Part shown: piece after piece, positions 11,179-20,025 of the stretch
Layout: each line of letters opens with the position of its first letter
How positions within the stretch are numbered: position 1 is the stretch's first letter
Source: Bifidobacterium breve
Lineage (GTDB): Bacteria > Actinomycetota > Actinomycetes > S36-B12
Length of the DNA: 32,633 nucleotides
Assembly (NCBI GenBank): GCA_945870085.1
Contig: CAMBQX010000003.1
Location: forward strand, 1-32,633
Reading direction: 5' to 3'
Translations under genes and position numbers: made by a program
The notes under the pieces: generated by a model
Database searches by the model: none
Seen by the model: only the letters and a program-made list of their open reading frames with translations
Told to the model about the DNA's origin: nothing

Positions 11179-11762
11179 GGGTTTACCTCAACTTCGTGGC
11201 CACCGGTTCGCCATGATGGGCCACCGGACGCCCGGTCTGCAATCGCCAGATCGATCTGTTCTTTGTTTCCAAACTTCATGAAGTGCTCAATTGGCACTTG
11301 CACAAATAGTGCTGACGCCGCGACCGCGATCGCACCGTTTGCATCCGAGAGTCGCCCGACCGCGGCGGTGTAGACCTTGCGTCGCATTACGCCGGTAACT
11401 TCGGCCTCAATATGCAGTATCGAACCAACAGGTACTGGTCGAAGGAACTGCATAGACAGGGCAGCGGTGACCACCGGTTCGCCCAGCAACCAGTTCAATG
11501 ATCCGAGGACTTCGTCAATCGCCGCTGAAAGCAACCCGCCGTGGGCCAGGCCGGGTGCTCCTTGGTGATGTTCGGTGACCGTGAAATTACCGGTGACGTT
11601 AAGCCCCTCACCTGCGGTGATGTGCATGTGAAGACCGGTCGGGTGATCGACTCCGCACCCGAAGCACCAACGATAATGCGAGGGTATTGATTCGCCCGGC
11701 TCAGGAGCGCTCACCAGCCGCTCTGGCATCGAGGCGCCATCGGGCAACTGGGTTGAGCGCAT
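11175..11762 (-). CDS. PaaI-family hot-dog thioesterase
   Basis: CFGCG N-terminal motif, [11 protein letters not shown]...IDE. TAGAGT-N6-ATG start. Confidence 0.88.
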   Translation of the reverse strand: MRSTQLPDGASMPERLVSAPEPGESIPSHYRWCFGCGVDHPTGLHMHITAGEGLNVTGNFTVTEHHQGAPGLAHGGLLSAAIDEVLGSLNWLLGEPVVTAALSMQFLRPVPVGSILHIEAEVTGVMRRKVYTAAVGRLSDANGAIAVAASALFVQVPIEHFMKFGNKEQIDLAIADRASGGPSWRTGGHEVEVNP

Positions 11763-11768
11763 ACGCGG

Positions 11769-11797
11769 ACTCTACCGCCGGTGATACATGGCAGACT
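11769..11797. promoter_or_regulatory. back-to-back leaderless promoters (TAGAGT on -, 11769-11774; TGG-CAGACT on +, 11792-11797)
   Basis: Each -10 sits exactly 6 nt before an ATG (11762 on -, 11804 on +). Confidence 0.6.
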
Positions 11798-11803
11798 CGG
11801 AGC

Positions 11804-12259
11804 ATGAACGCCCCCGACGTGACCTACCGCGAAAGACTGCTCCCCTCGATTTGGGTTTTCATCGTGGTATTGGCGCTCGTTGCCATGCTGGCGGTCGCCG
11901 TGGGCGCTGCCTATTTAGCTATCTACGGCTGGCTAACTTTTATCGGGCTCGGAGCCCTTTGTATTGCTGGGTTAATATTCGGGTCGCCGGTGATCACAGT
12001 AAGTGATCAAGCCCTCGGTGCTGGTCGTGCCCAGATTGCCCGCGAATTCCTCGGAGCAATCGAGGTTTTAGACGCTGGACAAATGCGAGCTGCGCAGCAC
12101 GTGGCGGAGCGCTTCATGGTGCTGCGCCCTTGGCATGCCCGCGGGGGGGTGCTCATCGCCCTGACAGATGCCGCCGATCCACACCCGGGATGGCTGCTCA
12201 CCACCAAGAACCCAGCCGGACTTGCGGTCGCATTAATGCCGACCGCGTCGATTGGCTAG
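11804..12259 (+). CDS. DUF3093-like membrane protein
   Basis: YRERLLPS, two TM helices, AGRAQI, LRPW...D..DPHPGWL. Start moved to ATG 11804. Confidence 0.85.
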   Translation: MNAPDVTYRERLLPSIWVFIVVLALVAMLAVAVGAAYLAIYGWLTFIGLGALCIAGLIFGSPVITVSDQALGAGRAQIAREFLGAIEVLDAGQMRAAQHVAERFMVLRPWHARGGVLIALTDAADPHPGWLLTTKNPAGLAVALMPTASIG

Positions 12260-12295
12260 CATCAAGACATGACCACAAATTCTTCTGGAGAGCAC

Positions 12296-12577
12296 ATGGC
12301 TGAGCAAGAGGCACTCGCCCCCGAAGCCCACGTCAATCCCATCGTGCATCTAATCGCACCCATTGTCGCAATTGCTGCCACGATGATTGTCCGCAAAGTC
12401 ATAACTTCTAGTTATCGTGGGTTTACGGGCAGAGAAGCCCCACGAGCTAACGATGCCGCTGTGCCGTTCGGTAAAGCCCTGTTATGGGCGGCCGCAACAG
12501 CGGCAATCGCAGCGGGTGTAGAAGTTATTGCCTATCGGGTTACCAATAATCTTGGTGCAACCAACTCGGCTAATTAG
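12296..12577 (+). CDS. DUF4235-like small membrane protein
   Basis: Y..FTGREAP...ALLWA pattern. GGAG RBS before ATG 12296 (alternative start 12269). Confidence 0.7.
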   Translation: MAEQEALAPEAHVNPIVHLIAPIVAIAATMIVRKVITSSYRGFTGREAPRANDAAVPFGKALLWAAATAAIAAGVEVIAYRVTNNLGATNSAN

Positions 12578-12870
12578 GCGCAGTCCTTGCAGATGGGACC
12601 GGCTTTGCCCTCATGGTCAACTTGGCTGCGATGCTGCACCAGGTAGCAACGTACACAGGTGAATTCATCTGACTGCCGCGGCACTACCCGCACGGTCAAG
12701 CTTTCTTCCGAAAGATCAGCCCCTGGCAATTCGTGATTTTCCGCTAACTCGGTCTCATCAACGTCAATGACCGAGGATGACTTATCTACGCGCCGCGCCT
12801 TCAGCTCTTCGAGACTATCTTCAGCGAGTTCTTCGTCCGTTTTGCGCGGGGCGTCATAATCTGTTGCCAC
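12574..12870 (-). CDS. DUF4193-family acidic Zn-ribbon protein
   Basis: MATDYDAPRK, ELPGADLS, DEFTCVRCYLVQHRSQ...CKDC. Confidence 0.92.
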   Translation of the reverse strand: MATDYDAPRKTDEELAEDSLEELKARRVDKSSSVIDVDETELAENHELPGADLSEESLTVRVVPRQSDEFTCVRCYLVQHRSQVDHEGKAGPICKDCA

Positions 12871-12904
12871 GGTAACTGCTCTCCCTTCCTAGCTCACTTG
12901 CCAT

Positions 12905-12930
12905 AACGAAAGCTGGCACCTCGATATTCC
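12905..12930 (-). promoter_or_regulatory. SigR/SigH-type ECF promoter GGAAT-N18-GTT
   Basis: Minus strand reads GGGAAT atcgaggtgccagctttc GTTA, an exact 18-nt spacer, 34 nt upstream of the DUF4193 start. Confidence 0.7.
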
Positions 12931-13026
12931 CGCAATCAGGACCTAGGCGCCTCGTGCGCAGATTGTGCCTTATTGAGTATTGACGTGGGTGGTTGGGCTG
13001 GCGCTCCACCCGATAGCGTGCTCCCT

Positions 13027-13545
13027 ATGCCCATTTATGCTCTAGGTGACCGCACCCCAAATATCGACGCTAGCGCTTTCGTCCACCCCCAAGCGGTCAT
13101 CATCGGCGATGTCACCGTGGGGCCAGAATCAAGTATCTGGCCCGGTGCGGTACTTCGTGGCGACCACGGGGCGATTGTCATTGGCGCCCAAACCTCAGTC
13201 CAGGATGGGGCGATCGTGCACTGCACCGCCGAACTCGACACCATCGTGGGTGACCGGTGCGTCATTGGTCACAATGCCCACCTAGAAGGCTGCACGGTAT
13301 ATAGCGATTCGTTGATTGGGTCAGGGTCGGTGGTCTTGCACCGGGCACTCATCGGGCCGAATGCACTGGTAGGTGCCTGTGCTTTGGTGCCAAATGACCG
13401 GATCGTCCCGCCCAATGCCCGCGCCCTCGGGGTGCCCGCAACAATTAGTCTCGACGTGATCGCAGATGGTGCATTTCTTGCAGCGGTAGACACATATGTG
13501 CGCAAGGTTCATCAGTACTCGGCCGAACTCCGCCTGCTAATTTGA
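13027..13545 (+). CDS. gamma-carbonic-anhydrase-like hexapeptide-repeat protein (YrdA/PaaY family)
   Basis: IIGDVTVG, VLRGD, VQDGAIVH, IGHNAHLEGC. Start at ATG 13027 after TAGCGT-N7. Confidence 0.9.
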   Translation: MPIYALGDRTPNIDASAFVHPQAVIIGDVTVGPESSIWPGAVLRGDHGAIVIGAQTSVQDGAIVHCTAELDTIVGDRCVIGHNAHLEGCTVYSDSLIGSGSVVLHRALIGPNALVGACALVPNDRIVPPNARALGVPATISLDVIADGAFLAAVDTYVRKVHQYSAELRLLI

Positions 13546-13547
13546 TA

Positions 13548-14405
13548 TCAATCGCGATCGGCTTGCGCACTCAATAGGAATTCACGCAGCTCATGAGCTA
13601 TTGCTGGTACCGCCGCAATCATTATTGATCCATAAACATCCTCATCACGTAAGCCGGTCACCACGGCCCCCGCCTCGGAGGCAATTAGGGCTCCAGCGGC
13701 AATGTCCCAAGCATTCAAGCCGCGTTCGTAATATGCATCGAGGCGGCCGCGAGCTAACCAGCAGTAGTCAATTACCGCCGCACCAATCCTTCTTATATCG
13801 CTGACCTGTGAGATCAACTCATGAACCACCCGTCCTTGTGCCCTCCTACGCTCCGCTGCATAACCAAAACCGGTGGCTACTACCGCGTCACTTAACCGGC
13901 TGCACTCACTTACGCGAATGGGAGTTGCGATCGCGCCATTGATGACCCAGGCGCCACCACCCTTGACACCGATGTAGGCCTCATCGAACTCTGGAGTGAC
14001 AACCACCCCGACCACCGATCGGCCGTTTTGCTCGGCCGCAACCGAAACTCCCCATGTCGGCATGTGGTGTAGGTAATTTACGGTCCCATCGAGTGGATCG
14101 ACCACCCAGCGCACCCCCGAGGAGCCAAAGCGCTCGCCACCCTCCTCACCAAGTAGCCCATCGGTTGGACGGGCGCCCAGCAAACTTGCGATCAGCAACT
14201 CTTCAGCACCCTTGTCCATCTCCGAGACCAAATCTGATGGTGTTGACTTCGTGTCGATAAACAGGTCTGCGGGACGTTCATCGCGCAAAAAACGAGCCGC
14301 CTCCCAGGCAGCGTCCCATGCGAGCGGCAACAGTTCGTGGGTAGTAAGCACTTCTGCGAGCGGTGGTACCGGCCTGAGTTGCATTTTCCTATCTTGCCGG
14401 GTCAC
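13548..14405 (-). CDS. suhB: inositol monophosphatase family (SuhB-like)
   Basis: GEE, WVVDPLDGTVNY, WDIAAG. Start uncertain (14405 or 14384). Confidence 0.9.
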   Translation of the reverse strand: MTRQDRKMQLRPVPPLAEVLTTHELLPLAWDAAWEAARFLRDERPADLFIDTKSTPSDLVSEMDKGAEELLIASLLGARPTDGLLGEEGGERFGSSGVRWVVDPLDGTVNYLHHMPTWGVSVAAEQNGRSVVGVVVTPEFDEAYIGVKGGGAWVINGAIATPIRVSECSRLSDAVVATGFGYAAERRRAQGRVVHELISQVSDIRRIGAAVIDYCWLARGRLDAYYERGLNAWDIAAGALIASEAGAVVTGLRDEDVYGSIMIAAVPAIAHELREFLLSAQADRD

Positions 14406-14443
14406 ATAACCGCGAACAAAGGTGGTCGCGGTAACGTCACGGA

Positions 14444-15739
14444 GTGCTCAGTACCTATCGTGAGGTGTTACGTCTCCCTGGAGCACTCGCGTTTTCCTCA
14501 AGTGGACTAGTTGCCCGCTTACCAATGGCTATGGTGGGTTTGGGGATCTTGCTCTACATCAGTGGTGTCACCGGCTCCTATGGGCTTGCCGGAGTGATGT
14601 CAGCGGCTTTCTCACTCTCGGCCGCCGCGGGAATGATCATTTCGAGCCGCTTGGTAGATCGCCTCGGGCAGCACAAAGTCCTGGGCTGGTTAATCGCCGG
14701 CGAGAGTTTGGGCTTGGCTCTGTTCATTATAAGTATGGAGTTTGCGTGGCCCCTGGCAATCTCGGCTGTAATCGTGGTCGGCGCCGGCGCTTGCTCCCCG
14801 GCCATCGGACCGGCAGTTCGAGCGCGCTGGACATTTGTTATCGCTCGGGAGGGATTAGCTTCATCCCCAAAGCTACGCACCGCCTTTGCCCTCGAAAGTA
14901 TTTTCGAAGAACTGATTTTTACCATCGGCCCACTTATCACCGCGTGGTTGGCCATTTCATTAGCCCTTCCAGCCCCCATAATTTTAGCTATCGTCATCGG
15001 CGTTGCCGGAACTTTGGTTTTGATAAGGCAGCGATCAACTGAACCCACTCCGGCCCCACTGCACCAGTCGAAAGTTCCGCACGTTGCGGCCTTTCGACAC
15101 TCTGGAGTGCTCCTGACGATCATGTCGGCTATCGCCACCGGGGCGATCTTCGGCTCATTCGAAGTATCGATCGTCGCGTTCACCGCAGAGCAAGGCGCGC
15201 CCGAGGCAACAGGGCTGCTTCTTGCGGCGTGGGCACTGACGTCAATGTTTGGCGGACTGTGGTTTGGCTCCAGACATTTTCGCGCACCACTATCGCGCCA
15301 GTTAGTAGTCATAACCGGGTCATTGACGGTTGCGCTAGCGATAACACCATTTTTGAATTCCTTGACGGCTCTGGCACTTGCCACCGTAATCTCCGGGGCG
15401 TTGGTGGCACCGCTTTTAATAACCATCTTCAGCCTGGCCGAGCGCTTGGTCCCCAACGCCCAGTTGACCGAGGGCCTGACTTTTATGAATTCAGGGCTCA
15501 CGGTGGGCCTCTCACTTGGCATTACTGCCGGTGGTTACCTAATTGACGTTTCGGGGGCCCCGGTTGGCTTTGCTCTTGGTGTTGGTGCCGCCGCAGCCGC
15601 ATTTTTGGTCGCGGTTATTGGCCAAAGACGCCTTCAGCGCTCGGTGCGATCCGATGGGTCAATACCGCCAACTTCGGCCTTAAACACCGAGCCAATCCCC
15701 GGGCCGGCCCCCGGTGGCTTTAATCTCGACGACAGGTAA
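14444..15739 (+). CDS. MFS transporter
   Basis: About 12 TM helices, SRLVDRLGQ motif A. TAACGT-N6-GTG leaderless start. Confidence 0.9.
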   Translation: MLSTYREVLRLPGALAFSSSGLVARLPMAMVGLGILLYISGVTGSYGLAGVMSAAFSLSAAAGMIISSRLVDRLGQHKVLGWLIAGESLGLALFIISMEFAWPLAISAVIVVGAGACSPAIGPAVRARWTFVIAREGLASSPKLRTAFALESIFEELIFTIGPLITAWLAISLALPAPIILAIVIGVAGTLVLIRQRSTEPTPAPLHQSKVPHVAAFRHSGVLLTIMSAIATGAIFGSFEVSIVAFTAEQGAPEATGLLLAAWALTSMFGGLWFGSRHFRAPLSRQLVVITGSLTVALAITPFLNSLTALALATVISGALVAPLLITIFSLAERLVPNAQLTEGLTFMNSGLTVGLSLGITAGGYLIDVSGAPVGFALGVGAAAAAFLVAVIGQRRLQRSVRSDGSIPPTSALNTEPIPGPAPGGFNLDDR

Positions 15740-15830
15740 AGACACAAGTTATGGCCTGTATCCCCAACCCGAACCCGTAACGCGCTAAGTTCTGAGCATT
15801 ACTACCCGCCACCAACCTACGGAGTTCGCC

Positions 15831-16538
15831 CTGGAACCGCTCAGTGCCAAAGAGATTCAGGCCCGCGTTCGCGCCGGAGCCTCTGCGGAGATCGTTGCGT
15901 CCGAGACCGGGTGGCCACTGGATAAAGTCCAGCGATACGCCGGGCCTCCCCTTGCTGAGCGCGAGTACGTTGCCGGCCGAGCCCAACTGGTCGAGGTGCG
16001 CCGCACGGGTGGCTCAGTAACCCTCGGTGAGAGCGTTTCACTGGTTTTAACTGCCAACAATGCTGCCGACATCTCGTGGGATTCGGCCCGGCGCGCAGAT
16101 GGTAAATGGGTTGTACTTGTTTACTTCACCAGCCACAGTGAAACCCAACAGGCGTCTTGGACGTATGACAACGTCGGTCGCACCGTGCATCCGATTGATG
16201 AGACCGCACGCCGTCTCATGGGCGTCAGCGACGATCAGATCTTTGACTACATCACCGACGATCGAGCACCGGCAATCAAGGTAGAGGTCGACGTAGAAGT
16301 AGAAATCGACCGCCCGCGCCTAGTGGCCGTACCGGATGCACCGCCGGTGGAGATTTTTGCGTTAGAAGAACAAGCTCATGTCCTTGATGTGCTAATCCCA
16401 ATGGCTGAGCTAACCGAGAAGCCGCAGGTTCGGCCGGCCGCCAAACCTGCTCCAAAGCCGAAGGTTAAAGGTAAGCGCGCTAGCGTGCCGAGCTGGGATG
16501 AAATCCTTTTTGGTGCCACCCGCGGGGATGACATCTAG
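15831..16538 (+). CDS. sepH: septation protein SepH (DUF3071), N-terminally shortened, probable CTG start
   Basis: The frame upstream of ORF 15996 reads LEPLSAKEIQARVRAGASAEIVASETGWPLDKVQRYAGPPLAER (SepH HTH). WDSARRADGKW and C-terminal RASVPSWDEILFG are also present. In-frame TAA at 15786, then GGAG-N6-CTG at 15831. Confidence 0.85.
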   Translation: MEPLSAKEIQARVRAGASAEIVASETGWPLDKVQRYAGPPLAEREYVAGRAQLVEVRRTGGSVTLGESVSLVLTANNAADISWDSARRADGKWVVLVYFTSHSETQQASWTYDNVGRTVHPIDETARRLMGVSDDQIFDYITDDRAPAIKVEVDVEVEIDRPRLVAVPDAPPVEIFALEEQAHVLDVLIPMAELTEKPQVRPAAKPAPKPKVKGKRASVPSWDEILFGATRGDDI

Positions 16539-16582
16539 CTTGAATTAGCCCATTGACGCCGGTAGTTCCTGCGCGTCGAGTA

Positions 16583-17248
16583 CTAAGCCTCAAAAGGTAG
16601 TGGCTCCCGTGACATATGTTCGGCCCCGGCACTCAGTGCGGTTTTTCGAGCACGGTAGTGCCGTCTGCAAAGCACTTCGTATGAGACGACCGGAATATCA
16701 TCACGCGCAGCCGCGCCATCGCCCACGTCACCTACCATCACTTGGCTGCCTTCGACCACCACGACGCCATCGACGGTTCGCGCATTGTGAATTGCCCGAG
16801 CCCCGCACCAACACAATGCTTCAACCTGCAAAACTTGCACCCGATCGCTCAGTTCAACCAGCCGCGCAGAACCAGGGAATAATCGGGTCCGAAAGTCGGT
16901 CATAATACCGAAGGCGTACACGTCAATACTGAGTTCATCAACGATCGTCGCAAGTTGCTCAACTTGTAGCTCGGTATAGAACTGGGCCTCATCACAAATA
17001 AGATAATCAATTCGCTCACCATGTGAAAGTGCATCAACAACATGCTGTCGGATATCAAGTAATTCAGTAACCTCGAAGGCACTGACACTTAATCCGAGCC
17101 GACTCGATAAGACCGACTCACCAGCGCGATCAAGTCGCGTGAACACCAAGCCGGATCTGCCCCGAGACGAATGATTGTGGTCGGTCTGCAACGCCAGGGT
17201 TGATTTACCGCAGTCCATGGTGCCCGCGAAGAAGATAAGTTCGGCCAC
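16583..17248 (-). CDS. tdk: thymidine kinase
   Basis: GTMDCGKST P-loop, CDEAQF, TDFRTRLFPGS, CWCG...YEVLCRRH. Confidence 0.96.
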   Translation of the reverse strand: MAELIFFAGTMDCGKSTLALQTDHNHSSRGRSGLVFTRLDRAGESVLSSRLGLSVSAFEVTELLDIRQHVVDALSHGERIDYLICDEAQFYTELQVEQLATIVDELSIDVYAFGIMTDFRTRLFPGSARLVELSDRVQVLQVEALCWCGARAIHNARTVDGVVVVEGSQVMVGDVGDGAAARDDIPVVSYEVLCRRHYRARKTALSAGAEHMSREPLPFEA

Positions 17249-17285
17249 GTCGTCATGGTGCCATATCGGGGTCGCCGAACTCCCC

Positions 17286-18395
17286 TCACGTCCGAACTAT
17301 GAGCCCGGGGATCTCAAGTTCATCCGCGGTGAGCGCGCCATGCTGGCCAAGGAGGGCCGACGACTTGACGTCCACCAAACTTGTAAACATTGTGGTGCCT
17401 TCAGCCACCGCCACCACATCCCCGATTCGATCTGCAATATCTAGGTCAGTTGGTCCGTACCACCCGGATTCGATTATCTGCTCTTTGGTGAATATCTGGG
17501 CCCTCGCTCCCAAGTACTGTGTCCACCTGGTGGCCACCGCTTCAGCGCAACCCGGGTTCACATAAAGGTGCCGGGCCCGCGGCTCCCCTGCGATTAAAAC
17601 AACATCAGAATTTAGTTCCGGGTGGCGTTCTATAGAGACATGCCCGGCTGGTTCGCAATTGACCATGCCGTGGTCGGCCGTGACGATCATTGCCGAATCG
17701 GGTGGTAATTGCTGCACCAATTTGTCAACCAAGGTATTGACCCGGCCGAGCCCGGCCAGCCAAGGTGCACTGCCTACCCCACTTTTGTGACCGATCCGAT
17801 CAAGTTCAAACCAATAGACATAGGTAAATGATTTCGCTGGCCCGCGGACCGCAGCCTGCACCGCGGCTACGCGCTGCGCCGTGTCTTCGGCAACTTGATA
17901 AAACCCACCCCGCAAGACTGCTGCCGTCAGTCCGGAAAATTCGTATTTGGCAGGTGCCACCGAAGTCATGCGCACCCCGTGGCGCGCCACCCGCTCGAAC
18001 ACCGTGGTCTCCGGCTGCACCATTACAGGGAGTGGATCCTTCTTCCAACGCAGTGGGGCCAACAACTCTCGAGTCTCGGGCAAAAAGAAGGTGGCACCGA
18101 CCAGCCCGTGGGCTCCGGGTAACTGCCCGGTGCCAAGGGAGCCAAGGGCCGTTGGGGTTGTGGTGGGGAACACCGAATGCAGCGCGCTACCAGCGAGCGC
18201 AATTAGTGCGGGCGCGTGTGCGCCGAATTCCTGAAGTGACCGCCAGCCCAAGCCGTCTATTAGACAAATAACCACATGTTGCAGATCACCGAGATTAAGA
18301 ACATCCGTAAACCCGGGGACGCCTACGCTGGCAGCAGCGGATGATCCGACTTCGGCCAAACTCGTCGGGGTCACCCCCGACTTGAAGGTCAGCAA
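17286..18395 (-). CDS. ataC: alkaline-phosphatase-superfamily (NPP-type) phosphodiesterase, probable AtaC c-di-AMP phosphodiesterase
   Basis: DGLG, FPTTT nucleophile, DxxGH, TADHG, GEPRARH, GQHG, no signal peptide. Position between DUF5998 and tdk near sepH matches the Streptomyces ataC locus as I recall it. Confidence 0.75.
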   Translation of the reverse strand: MLTFKSGVTPTSLAEVGSSAAASVGVPGFTDVLNLGDLQHVVICLIDGLGWRSLQEFGAHAPALIALAGSALHSVFPTTTPTALGSLGTGQLPGAHGLVGATFFLPETRELLAPLRWKKDPLPVMVQPETTVFERVARHGVRMTSVAPAKYEFSGLTAAVLRGGFYQVAEDTAQRVAAVQAAVRGPAKSFTYVYWFELDRIGHKSGVGSAPWLAGLGRVNTLVDKLVQQLPPDSAMIVTADHGMVNCEPAGHVSIERHPELNSDVVLIAGEPRARHLYVNPGCAEAVATRWTQYLGARAQIFTKEQIIESGWYGPTDLDIADRIGDVVAVAEGTTMFTSLVDVKSSALLGQHGALTADELEIPGLIVRT

Positions 18396-18398
18396 TTA

Positions 18399-18977
18399 CT
18401 AACGCAGCCGTGCCGCGGTCGCCTGGGAGAGAGCCGAAGCAAACGCTAGTGCTTGGGCTACGACGTCGGCACCGTCCGCAACTTCGGATACCCGTACTGA
18501 AAGGTCATCATTACTAGATGTTCCGGTGTACCCGTGCTCTGCATCGCACTGCGGATCACCACAACTAGCTGGCTCCAAATCGATTCGACTTACGGCGCCC
18601 CAGCCGATGGTTAAAACAACCTCCGAAGTCGCTCCACCTGGTTGATACTTGGCAGGCTCACTTACCACTCGGGTGACAACCACCGAGTCCACCCGCTCAA
18701 GACGCACCGCTTCAGTTGAAGCGGTAGCGAATGGCATTGGGTTGATCTCGTCAATGCCATGCTCATCAGTGTGGCCGACAATTAGTCGTGTTGGCGTTAG
18801 GGCCAGCACCGTAACGTGGCGTCTCAACTCGTCATGGTCAAAAGTGGCTTCGTGGTGCACCAGATATGACTTAAGCGGCTCCCCCGCCAATGCCGTATCC
18901 AGCGCATCTGCGACCAAATCGGGGTAGTAGCCGCTGCGCTGAATATCGGTGCGGAGTTGCTGGTCAAGGCTCATCAC
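18399..18977 (-). CDS. DUF5998-like protein
   Basis: GYYPDLV, HHEATFD, RRHVTVLALTPTRL, GWG, CGDPQCDAEHGYTG. Start moved to GTG 18977 or ATG 18974 (TGG-CAGGAT-N6). Confidence 0.87.
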   Translation of the reverse strand: MMSLDQQLRTDIQRSGYYPDLVADALDTALAGEPLKSYLVHHEATFDHDELRRHVTVLALTPTRLIVGHTDEHGIDEINPMPFATASTEAVRLERVDSVVVTRVVSEPAKYQPGGATSEVVLTIGWGAVSRIDLEPASCGDPQCDAEHGYTGTSSNDDLSVRVSEVADGADVVAQALAFASALSQATAARLR

Positions 18978-19067
18978 TTGATTATCCTGCCATATGTACG
19001 CTGCCGATGGCTCGGACCGCACATGGGGCTGCGATTAACAACCGTAGCCAGCCGACTTGACGCCCAT

Positions 19068-19099
19068 ATACGGTTACTCGACACCAAGATACGGTTACT
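19068..19099 (+). repeat. 11-bp direct repeat ATACGGTTACT x2 (21-bp period) upstream of psuG
   Basis: Copies at 19068-19078 and 19089-19099, plus an inverted partial copy AACCGTA at 19040-19046. Confidence 0.7.
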
Positions 19100-19101
19100 A
19101 G

Positions 19102-20025
19102 GTGACCCACCCGCCAATCGTCATATCCCCAGAAGTCGCCCAAGCCCTTGCCGATAACCGCGGCGTAGTGGCCCTTGAATCCACCATCATCAGCCATGGT
19201 TTACCGCGCCCAGAGAACCTCCGGGTGGCGCTCGAAGTAGAGGCCACGGTTCGAACTCACGGCGGCGTCCCGGCCACCATTGCGATTCTCGACGGCACCG
19301 TTCACGTCGGACTCGATGAAGGGCACTTAGACCAGGTGGCCAATCGCGACGACATTAGCAAAGTTTCGGTGCGTGATATCGCGACGATCATCGCCCGAGG
19401 TGGCAGTGGAGCCACCACAGTTGCGGCCACCAGCCACATAGCCCAACTGGTCGGAATTGAAGTATTCGCCACGGGAGGCTTGGGTGGCGTACATCGAGGC
19501 GCCCGCCAAAGTTGGGATGAATCAGCAGATTTAACGACCCTTGGCGAGACCCCCATCACCGTGGTTTGTGCAGGGGTGAAATCGATTCTCGACGTTGGAG
19601 CCACCCTCGAGCGGCTAGAAACTCTAAATGTTGGCGTGCTGGGCTACGACACCATGCGCTTCCCGGGCTTTTATCTCAGCGATAGCGGCTTCCCGGTTAC
19701 CTGGTCAGTTACCAGCCCCGAAGAAGTCGCCGCCATCATGTCTGCCCGCCGCGCGATGAGAATTTCCACCGGGCTGATCGTGGCCTATCCCCTCCCCGAA
19801 GATCAGCAGCTCGACCCAGATTTGCACGATCAAGTACTGCAAGATGGAATGCGCCTGGCGACTAAGCGCGGTGTCCAAGGTAAAGATGTAACGCCGTTCT
19901 TACTTGATCACTTCCACCGATCAACACATGGCGCCAGCTTGGTCGTAAATACCAGCATAATTTTACGAAATGCAAATTTGGCAGCCCGGATCGCGGTTGC
20001 GTACGTCAGCAGAGTTGATAGATGA
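19102..20025 (+). CDS. psuG: pseudouridine-5'-phosphate glycosidase
   Basis: VVALESTIISHGLP, GATTVAAT, FATGGLGGVHRG, SADL, GVKSILD, GKDVTPFLL. Confidence 0.95.
   Translation: MTHPPIVISPEVAQALADNRGVVALESTIISHGLPRPENLRVALEVEATVRTHGGVPATIAILDGTVHVGLDEGHLDQVANRDDISKVSVRDIATIIARGGSGATTVAATSHIAQLVGIEVFATGGLGGVHRGARQSWDESADLTTLGETPITVVCAGVKSILDVGATLERLETLNVGVLGYDTMRFPGFYLSDSGFPVTWSVTSPEEVAAIMSARRAMRISTGLIVAYPLPEDQQLDPDLHDQVLQDGMRLATKRGVQGKDVTPFLLDHFHRSTHGASLVVNTSIILRNANLAARIAVAYVSRVDR

Noticed and set aside
14578-15522. 314-aa minus-strand ORF
   Set aside because: Antisense to the MFS gene, with no motifs. Typical GC-rich shadow ORF.
15751-15780. Mini-ORF MACIPNPNP upstream of sepH
   Set aside because: No SD and no similarity to the SepH N-terminus, so nothing supports a frameshift or leader peptide.
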